DNA of 64,000 nucleotides from Candidatus Latescibacterota bacterium (lineage in GTDB: Bacteria; Latescibacterota; CBDEFO01). Below, piece by piece: positions 56,486-64,000 of the stretch (the first letter of the stretch is position 1; each line of letters starts with the position of its first letter). The notes beneath the pieces are model-generated. The model was not told the DNA's origin and made no database searches. It worked only from the letters and a program-made list of their open reading frames with translations. Both the position numbers and the translations under genes were made by a program. The DNA is taken from positions 2,496,001 to 2,560,000 of the forward strand of contig OZ252149.1 in NCBI GenBank assembly GCA_965248755.1, given 5' to 3'.

Positions 56486-57358
56486 TTAAGCTAGTCCGAT
56501 CAACAATATCGCTGAGAATATGACGACAGATCCCAGAAGCCTTATCCTCCCATAGCCCTCTTTGAGGAATATCCACCCGAAGAGGACGCTGAAGACGATG
56601 CTTACACTCCTGACCGATCCCACATAGCTGGCCTTGTCCAGAGAAAGCGCCCATAAGACCAGAAAGTAGGTCAAGAGCACCGCCGCTCCAGAGGTTATGA
56701 TCTGGGCTTTGCTTCTTTTCCATTCACAAGATACAGAGCGCAACTTCCCGGAGGTAAGTCCATACACCGTAATACCCATAGAATTGAGGAGGAATATCAA
56801 GAAGCAGTATTTTAGATAATCTGATTCCGTAACACCTACCTTGTCTATGACGCTGTAGCAGGCGATGATAAATCCCACAAATATCGCAAGTTTCGATTCT
56901 ACCTGCCCCAGCGACCTTATCGGACCCCAGAAGTTAGATATGTGGAAAGACTCCATAGACATGACATAGACCCCGGCTGACACCAGGAATATGCCCGAAA
57001 TCCCTGCGATCGATGCTTTCTCATTCAACAGGACAAAAGAAAGCACCAAAATAAAGACCGGAGCCGATCCTCTCGAAAGCGGATAAACTACCGAAAGATC
57101 CCCCCTCTCGTATACTTTTACCATCCCCAAGATGTAGCAGACCTGTACAGCTGCGCTGATGGCGGCTACATAGAACGCCTTCGGTGGAAAGTCAGTCCAA
57201 TCTACATACAAAATGATAATCGGAGTAAGAAACAGAACCGCAAGAAGATGCATCCACCAGATAAATGCAAGTTTGTCCACGCTCTTTTTCAAAAGCAGAT
57301 TCCATATAGCATGAAAGATCCCGGAAGTCAGAACCATAAGAAGAGGCAGAGGCTTCAT
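56486..57358 (-). CDS. EamA/DMT family transporter
   Basis: HAIWN, YERGDLSVVYPLSRG, YSVIDK, R..SIVF..LKE. Confidence 0.9.
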   Translation of the reverse strand: MKPLPLLMVLTSGIFHAIWNLLLKKSVDKLAFIWWMHLLAVLFLTPIIILYVDWTDFPPKAFYVAAISAAVQVCYILGMVKVYERGDLSVVYPLSRGSAPVFILVLSFVLLNEKASIAGISGIFLVSAGVYVMSMESFHISNFWGPIRSLGQVESKLAIFVGFIIACYSVIDKVGVTESDYLKYCFLIFLLNSMGITVYGLTSGKLRSVSCEWKRSKAQIITSGAAVLLTYFLVLWALSLDKASYVGSVRSVSIVFSVLFGWIFLKEGYGRIRLLGSVVIFSAILLIGLA

Positions 57359-57751
57359 ACGTCCTCAACAGAGTTCAATCTATCACCTTATATTATATGT
57401 ATAAAGCGTGTAAGTATTTAATATATGTGAACTTGTAATCAAAAGATATTACAGATCGGAGATCTAAAAGCCACATCGTATCTTTTAGCACAATATATTC
57501 GGTTGAGCGCTCAAAATCAAGGGAAAAGATAGTGTAAGACTATCTTTTTTCCTTTCAATATTGAAGACTTTCCTTGCGATGTCCAAAAAACAGTGGTAAA
57601 TTTTAAAATCTACAAGGCAAGCTTCGCCCTCATATACCGCAGATTTGATATATCCACAGATTGTAGGAGCACACCCTTTTCCCCAAGAAAGCTTCGAAGA
57701 AATTTAGGGGGACCTGAGTGTGCTCTTTTAACAGAAAGAAGGGGATACACG

Positions 57752-58412
57752 GTGTTAGAATACTACGATACCCTGATCAAGCTCGTGGATAGCCCTGATT
57801 CTAGGAGGAATTATCGGCTGGGAGAGGGAGACACACGGGCAGATAGCAGGATTCAGGACACACATAGTCCTCTGCTTGGGAGCCACCTTGATTATGCTCG
57901 TCTCAATACATGTAAGGAGTCTCTTTAGCACCGATATTCAGGCCGATCCAGGGAGGATAGCAGCTCAGGTGGTAAGCGGTATCGGATTTCTGGGCGCGGC
58001 CGCTATTCTCCGATTCGGTTTTTCCGTAAGAGGAGTCACCACAGCCACGTCCCTTTGGTCGGTCTCCGGAGTTGGACTTGCCGTCGGATCGGGATTCTAC
58101 GTTGGAGCCGTTATCGCCACAACCCTTATAGTACTCTCCCTTTCCCTGTTCGACAGATTAGAAAAGGCTCTCTTTATCAAGAAATACATCAGAAACCTCA
58201 TGATTGTCTCCAAAGATACGAAATTGAGTGTCGAGAACGTAACAGACGTCTTCGAAGCCCGCTGCGTTGAGTTCCACAAGATCAGTACCGACAGGAACCA
58301 GGAATACCTGAGCATGACCTCAATCGTCAAAGTTCCAAAGGAACTTTGGGTCGATAGCATAATCAAAGACGCTATGAACATCGAGGGCGTAGCTCAGGTG
58401 AAGTTGGAATAA
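57752..58412 (+). pseudogene. MgtC/SapB family protein with a +1 frameshift near 57787
   Basis: GTG 57752 VLEYYDTLIKLV, then shifted frame IALILGGIIGWERE..AGFRTH, continuing to DPGRIAAQVVSGIGFLGA. Confidence 0.8.
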
Positions 58413-58529
58413 GCTGAATTTTCGCAAATACTTGTCTGCAGGATAGTGCGACCACTGCCAGCAAGCTCGGAGGATCCGAAATCCAAGGGTGCTATCGAGA
58501 GTATCCCAGAGCCAAATGGAGAACATTAA

Positions 58530-59645
58530 ATGAAAATAACAGACGTGGAAGCCATACATATATCTCTCCCCCAAATCGAAGAGAAGGCGGACGGGACACA
58601 GGACGCCCTTATAGTAAAAATCCACACGGACGAAGGGATAACGGGAATAGGAGAGGTGGATTCCTCAGCCCATGTTGCAAAAGCCATAATCGAAGCTCCC
58701 ACCTCGCATTCTCTTTGTCACGGTCTAAAGACGCTCCTTGTGGGTGAAGATCCGTTCCAGATCGAAAGAATATGGGAGAAGATGTACCAAGGCACGATAT
58801 ACTACGGAAGGTGCGGTGTGGTCCTGCACGCTATGGCAGGAATAGACATAGCCCTTTGGGACTTGATGGGAAAGGCCCTCGATTTGCCCGTGTACGAGCT
58901 TTTAGGGGGATGCTACAGGAAAAAGGTCAGAGCCTACGCCAGCTCCCTTTTCGGAGATACACCCAAAGACACCGGGAAATTGTCCGCTATGTACATAGAT
59001 AGAGGCTTCACCGCCGTCAAATTCGGATGGGGTCCTATGGGACAAGACGAAAAGACAGATATAGCTCTGGTGAGGGAAGCCAGAAAAGGTATGGGAGACG
59101 AAGCCGATCTTCTGATAGACGCAGGATTAGTATGGGACGCCAAGACCGCTATCCAAAGGGCCAGAAAGTTTCAAGAGTACAACATCTTCTGGCTTGAGGA
59201 ACCTCTTCCTCCCGATGACGTGGAAGGGTACGCCCGCCTTTCGGAAGCCGTAGACATCAGGATAGCCGCCGGAGAAGAGGAGAGCACAAAAAGAGGATTC
59301 AAAGACCTGATAGAAAGGGGCAAGATAGATGTAGTCCAGGTGGATGTCACCCGCGTCGGTATAACAGAAGCCAAAAAGGTGGCTCAAATTGCACACGACA
59401 GGAACCTCCCCTGCGTCAACCACTCCTTCACAACCGACATCAACATAGCCGCATCTTTGCATCTACTTGCAGCTATCCCCAACGCATTCATACTCGAATA
59501 CACTGTCAGCACAAGTGCCATAAGAGAAAACACGACGCTTGAAAGGATCGAAGTTAAAGATGGATACGCGGACGTGCCCGACGGACCCGGTCTGGGGATC
59601 GAACTGAATGAAGAGTTTATTCAAAAGTATGTGTGGAGAGGATAA
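58530..59645 (+). CDS. Mandelate racemase/muconate lactonizing enzyme family (acid-sugar dehydratase-like)
   Basis: GIDIALWDLMGK, KFG, LIDAG, WLEEP, AAGEE, PGLGIELN. Confidence 0.92.
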   Translation: MKITDVEAIHISLPQIEEKADGTQDALIVKIHTDEGITGIGEVDSSAHVAKAIIEAPTSHSLCHGLKTLLVGEDPFQIERIWEKMYQGTIYYGRCGVVLHAMAGIDIALWDLMGKALDLPVYELLGGCYRKKVRAYASSLFGDTPKDTGKLSAMYIDRGFTAVKFGWGPMGQDEKTDIALVREARKGMGDEADLLIDAGLVWDAKTAIQRARKFQEYNIFWLEEPLPPDDVEGYARLSEAVDIRIAAGEEESTKRGFKDLIERGKIDVVQVDVTRVGITEAKKVAQIAHDRNLPCVNHSFTTDINIAASLHLLAAIPNAFILEYTVSTSAIRENTTLERIEVKDGYADVPDGPGLGIELNEEFIQKYVWRG

Positions 59646-59654
59646 CTGCTACAG

Positions 59655-60834
59655 GTGAGTTCAGAAAAAGACGTCATAAAAAAAGGACATCTTGTTCTAT
59701 CTGTTCACCCACTTGTTAGACCTCTTTTTTTCGATCACCTCTCTTGCTGTTCCGCTATTGGCTATAAAGATAGGGGCTTCGGTTACCCAATTAGGGTTGA
59801 TAGGCGCGACCTGGGCATTGAGCTACTCCTCGCTCTGTTTCCTCTCCGGAAGGTTATCAGATAGGTTCGGACGGAATGCGATAGTATTTTCAGGGTGTAT
59901 CATTGTTTCGGCGGTCTTCTTTTTGATGGCCTATGCGCGGAGCGTAGATCAAATATTGATACTGGTAGCCTTAAGTGGAGTTGGATTGTCTTTCATATGG
60001 CCCCCTATGGAGGCATGGTTAGCCGATGGCAAGGATCGTTCGACTCTGATCAGAACTATAGGTATCTTCGGTGTTGCGTGGAGTTCAGGCGTCTGTCTGG
60101 GACCAGTCATCGGAGGTTACCTCTACCAGATTGACTTTCGCATCCCCTTTTTCTTAGCCTCCGGAGGATCACTAATCTGCGGAGCGTTATCTTTATTCCT
60201 CCCCGTAAGAAAAGGTAAAATTGATGAAGTAGTCGAAACTTTCGGAGGAGGAGAAAATAATAAGCTTTATGCAGCCTGGGTCGCCAACTTTGTCGCCTTC
60301 TTCACAAGGGGCGTGCTCGGAAATATCTTCCCCAAATTGGCTGAGGAACTCGGCATTAAACCAGGAACATTGGGTATCCTTTTCGGCTGCATTGCGGGAG
60401 TTCAGATGTTGACATTTGCCATTATCGCATTTAATGTCAAAAGGCACAGAACAGACCTTGTGATCCCTGCCCAATGTTTGGCCTGCTTTGCCATGGTCAT
60501 AATTTACACGACCGAATCTACCCTCGTCTTCGGGATGGCATTTGCATTGGTAGGATTAACCCTAGCGACGGCCTTCTATTCCAGCGCCTTCTACAGCCTC
60601 TTCAATCAGAAGGCAAGAGGGGCTAAAGCGGGCATACACGAGACAATGGTAGGAATGGGACTTCTGATAGGTCCCTTTACTGGAGGGTTGACCGCCGAAA
60701 AATTCGGACTCAAATCTCCATATCTTCTGTGCCTTGGGCTCTTAATCGCGGGGATTCTCGTTCAGATTTATATTTTGAAGAAGAAATCTAAAAGTTCTAT
60801 CAGGATAAAGTTCGCCAACGGGAAAGAAATATAA
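59655..60834 (+). CDS. MFS transporter, copy 1 (+1 frameshift in A7 run at 59678-59684, or downstream TTG start at 59692)
   Basis: GRLSDRFGR motif A; alignment to the paralog start shows one extra A. Confidence 0.8.
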
Positions 60835-60934
60835 CAACAATAAGTACAACCCCATAAGATAAAACACGACGTTTGAAAGGATCAAAAATGAGGAATTTAT
60901 TCAAAAGTATGTGTGGAGAGGATAACTTCTGCAG

Positions 60935-62086
60935 GTGGACTCAGAAAAAGACGTCATAAGAAAGGACATCCCGCTCTACCTGTTCTCGCACTTCATAAAC
61001 CTGTTGTTCTCGATCACTACCCTTGCTGTTCCGCTATTAGCTATAAAGATAGGGGCGACAGTTGTAGAATTAGGACTGATAGGCACGACATGGGCGGCGA
61101 CTTACTCTGCGCTCTGTTTCCTCTCCGGAAAATTGTCGGACAGACTCGGCAGAAAGGCGATACTATTTTCGGGGTGTATCGTTATTTCAGCGAGCCTCTT
61201 CCGGATGGCCTATGCGGCTAGCATGAATCAAGTTTTGATACTGGTCGCCCTGAACGGAGTCGGAGCATCTTTCATATTTCCCCCAATGCAGGCGTGGATA
61301 GCAGAGGGCAAGGATCGCTTGATCCTGATCAAAACTATAGCCTTCTTCGGTGTTACGTGGAGTTCAGGAATCCTTTTGGGACTAATTATCGGAGGTTACC
61401 TCTACCAGATTGACTTCCGCATCCCCTTCTTCTTAGCCTCCGGAGGAGCACTAATCTGTGGAGCATCATCCTTATTCCTCCCGGGAAGAAGAGCCAAAAT
61501 CGATGATGTAGATCAAACTTTCGGTGGAGGAGAAAATAATAAGCTCTATGCAGCATGGGTTGCCAACTTCGTCGCCTTCTTCACAAGAGGCGTAATCGGA
61601 AATATCTTCCCCAAATTGGCTGAGGAACTCGGCATTAAACCAGGAACATTGGGTATCCTTTTCGGCTGTATTGCGGGAGTTCAGATGTTGACATTTGCCA
61701 TTATCGCATTTAATGTCAACAGGTACAGAACAGAACTTGTGATCCCTGCCCAATGTTTGGCCTGCTTTGCTATGGTCATAATTTACACGACCGAATCTAC
61801 CCTCGCCTTGGGGGTGGCGTTCACATTGATAGGACTGACCTTAACGGCAACCTTTTATTCCAGCGCCTTTTACAGCCTCTTTAATCAGAAGGCAACGGGG
61901 GCTAAAGCGGGCATACACGAGACGATGGTAGGAATGGGATTTCTGATAGGTCCCTTTACTGGAGGGTTGACCGCCGAAAAATTTGGACTCAGATCTCCAT
62001 ATCTTCTGTGCCTTGGGCTCTTAATAGCGGGGATTCTCGTTCAGATTTACCTTTCAAAGAAGAAACCCCTAACAAGTGGACAGTAG
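60935..62086 (+). CDS. MFS transporter, copy 2
   Basis: GKLSDRLGRK; tandem paralog with nearly identical C-terminal half. Confidence 0.88.
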   Translation: MDSEKDVIRKDIPLYLFSHFINLLFSITTLAVPLLAIKIGATVVELGLIGTTWAATYSALCFLSGKLSDRLGRKAILFSGCIVISASLFRMAYAASMNQVLILVALNGVGASFIFPPMQAWIAEGKDRLILIKTIAFFGVTWSSGILLGLIIGGYLYQIDFRIPFFLASGGALICGASSLFLPGRRAKIDDVDQTFGGGENNKLYAAWVANFVAFFTRGVIGNIFPKLAEELGIKPGTLGILFGCIAGVQMLTFAIIAFNVNRYRTELVIPAQCLACFAMVIIYTTESTLALGVAFTLIGLTLTATFYSSAFYSLFNQKATGAKAGIHETMVGMGFLIGPFTGGLTAEKFGLRSPYLLCLGLLIAGILVQIYLSKKKPLTSGQ

Positions 62087-62347
62087 GTAGTAGACAGAGC
62101 ACCGCCTCCCTTTCCTTGAGACTGGTTCCGGTCTACTTCCCAACTTCTCCTGACGGGCTCGCGTTTCCTTCGGGGTCGGGGCGAGCGTCCCTCGTAATGA
62201 TTAGATGTCTGGAGGTTAAGAGTCATTGCAAGTATCCCCTGTGTCCTTGCGAGTCCTCCAATGTGTCATTTCGAGCCAAGCGCAGCAATCTCGTAGACCA
62301 GTAGTCAGGGGGAAGCGGAGATGCCCTGTATGCTGTCCAGTTCCAGT

Positions 62348-63940
62348 TCACAGATCCCCTAAGAACACCCTAGTGACTCCCCTTTTGGTCCCGAACCAGA
62401 TGTATTCTCCATCGCGAAGGATCGCCTGCGCCGAGCGATGAGGCAGGCCCTCAGCTTCGGTGAACATCTCCCAGGCATGGTGTCTTCTGTCGAGCCGAAA
62501 GACGCCCGATTGGGATGCTATCCATACAAAGCCATCATCGGCACAGATATCCTTTATATCGCTGGAAGCTGCGCGCGGAGGGAAATATCTCCGCCAGTTG
62601 AGGGCATCTCTATCCGCAGAAAGTATATAGTAGCGTCCGTTCGCTACCACTCCTGTCCCGATTGAAGGAGCGGAAAGCTCCAGGGCATTTGTACCTTTGG
62701 CGATGCCTAACTCCACTGAGGTCTGTACAGGAAGAGCAGAAACCGCAAGCCATATCTCTCCTCTATCTATGGCAATAGAGGTCACAGCGGCGTTATCCAG
62801 GAGTCTGTATATGTCGGTTATTCTGGTCCACACAGAGTCTCCCTCGATTAAATCAGGGGTCGACTTTCCATCATCCTTTAGATATCTGTAGATCCCCTTT
62901 GCCGTTCCGACCCATACGCTCTCATCATCAACTTCCACATCGTAGACGGCTCCTCGTTTTATCTCGTCGGGTCCAGCTTCTTCGATGATGCCGCTTGGGA
63001 CATGGAGGCGATCCAGCCCGTAGGCTGTCCCTATCCAAAGATATTCGTCGTCCAGGCATATGTCTATAACGTTATCCTCCGACAGCCCGTCGAAGGTGGT
63101 AAGGGTGTCCCAGCGATCCTTCTTCTTGTCGTAGCTGGAAAGTCCGTTTATGGTTCCGAACCAGACGTATCTTTCTCCCACAGCGATGGATGTGACGTCG
63201 TTGGTGTTCAGACCGTCTATGTATCTTGCCTCAAAATAGACCCACTTGTTCGTATCTTTATCGAATCGGGTTACGCCAGTGGATGTACCACTTGAAGTGG
63301 AAGCTCCACCGAACCAGATGGAGGGGCCGTCTGTTCCCATAGCCGAGACGTTATTTTCGATGGGTCCGAAGGGGAGCAGTTTTAACTCCAGAATCCTCAG
63401 ATCCGCTACTCCTGTGCCGATACCCCACGTTCCGATCCAGAGATTTCCCCAGTCGTCTTGGATGCTCTCTGTTACAGAATACTTTCTAAAATAGGAATCG
63501 CTTATATATCCTTCGGGGTGGAAGAAATATCCTAAATCCATGATAAGGGAGGGGAGTTGGGGGCGTTCCTTCTTGCGGATCAAGCGACGCGCGAAGCCTC
63601 CCCCGTAGTTCCATAGGTCCCCGGGGGGATACCATCTTGCAACTCCCCTCATGGTATCAAACCATATATCGCCGGAAGTAGGATCGAAGGCAGCCCTTCT
63701 GACCCAGTTGTCAGGGAGGCCGTCGCTCGTGGTGATGGGGTTTTTCCACTCTTGTGTGTACATATCATAAACTCCGACGCCGCCTGTGGTGGCGATGTAT
63801 GCAGTCGCCCCATCGAACGTTATAGACGTAACATAGCGCATATCCAGATAACTTGTCCATCGTTCTTTATCGCGTATGTCGGCCGAGGATGGATCGCTAA
63901 AGAAAACACACAGAGCTATAATAACTATAAGCTTTCTCAT
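62348..63940 (-). CDS. Secreted Reg_prop-like beta-propeller protein
   Basis: Signal peptide; DGLPDNWV, LWIGT, WFGT..G repeats. Confidence 0.8.
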   Translation of the reverse strand: MRKLIVIIALCVFFSDPSSADIRDKERWTSYLDMRYVTSITFDGATAYIATTGGVGVYDMYTQEWKNPITTSDGLPDNWVRRAAFDPTSGDIWFDTMRGVARWYPPGDLWNYGGGFARRLIRKKERPQLPSLIMDLGYFFHPEGYISDSYFRKYSVTESIQDDWGNLWIGTWGIGTGVADLRILELKLLPFGPIENNVSAMGTDGPSIWFGGASTSSGTSTGVTRFDKDTNKWVYFEARYIDGLNTNDVTSIAVGERYVWFGTINGLSSYDKKKDRWDTLTTFDGLSEDNVIDICLDDEYLWIGTAYGLDRLHVPSGIIEEAGPDEIKRGAVYDVEVDDESVWVGTAKGIYRYLKDDGKSTPDLIEGDSVWTRITDIYRLLDNAAVTSIAIDRGEIWLAVSALPVQTSVELGIAKGTNALELSAPSIGTGVVANGRYYILSADRDALNWRRYFPPRAASSDIKDICADDGFVWIASQSGVFRLDRRHHAWEMFTEAEGLPHRSAQAILRDGEYIWFGTKRGVTRVFLGDL

Positions 63941-64000
63941 AAAGAGATCACCTGGCCTCGTTGAGGTAGGGCATCACGTGGAATTTGTCGAAGACGATCT

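Overview
Bacterial chromosomal window of moderate GC, with no rRNA, tRNA or CRISPR array. PorV-like barrel, FlgD-type C-terminal sorting domains and a dockerin-like DFDGD module suggest an FCB-group organism, possibly Latescibacterota-like (inference only). Contents in order: a DUF4384/FecR-like/CHASE2-cyclase signalling cluster cut by an IS21 remnant; two IS256 copies; housekeeping genes (ROK kinase, hemL, comEA-like, PTS IIA, mlaDEF-like); a 12-kb operon with a barrel-transglutaminase-TPR fusion followed by three paralogous secreted beta-propeller/ZU5/FlgD proteins; tupABC-like transport; and a catabolic region with tandem-duplicated enolase-superfamily and MFS genes. The most striking non-gene signal is a 21-bp near-perfect palindrome, CCCCGATAGA(T/A/C)TCAATCGGGG, at about 10 sites. 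It occurs intergenically, inside other repeats, nested inside itself, and in-frame inside intact proteins, where tandem paralogs show the empty site. At least four other REP-like families and an IS5-like MITE family are also present. Several genes carry single-base frameshifts or single in-frame stops, which may be real decay or sequencing error.
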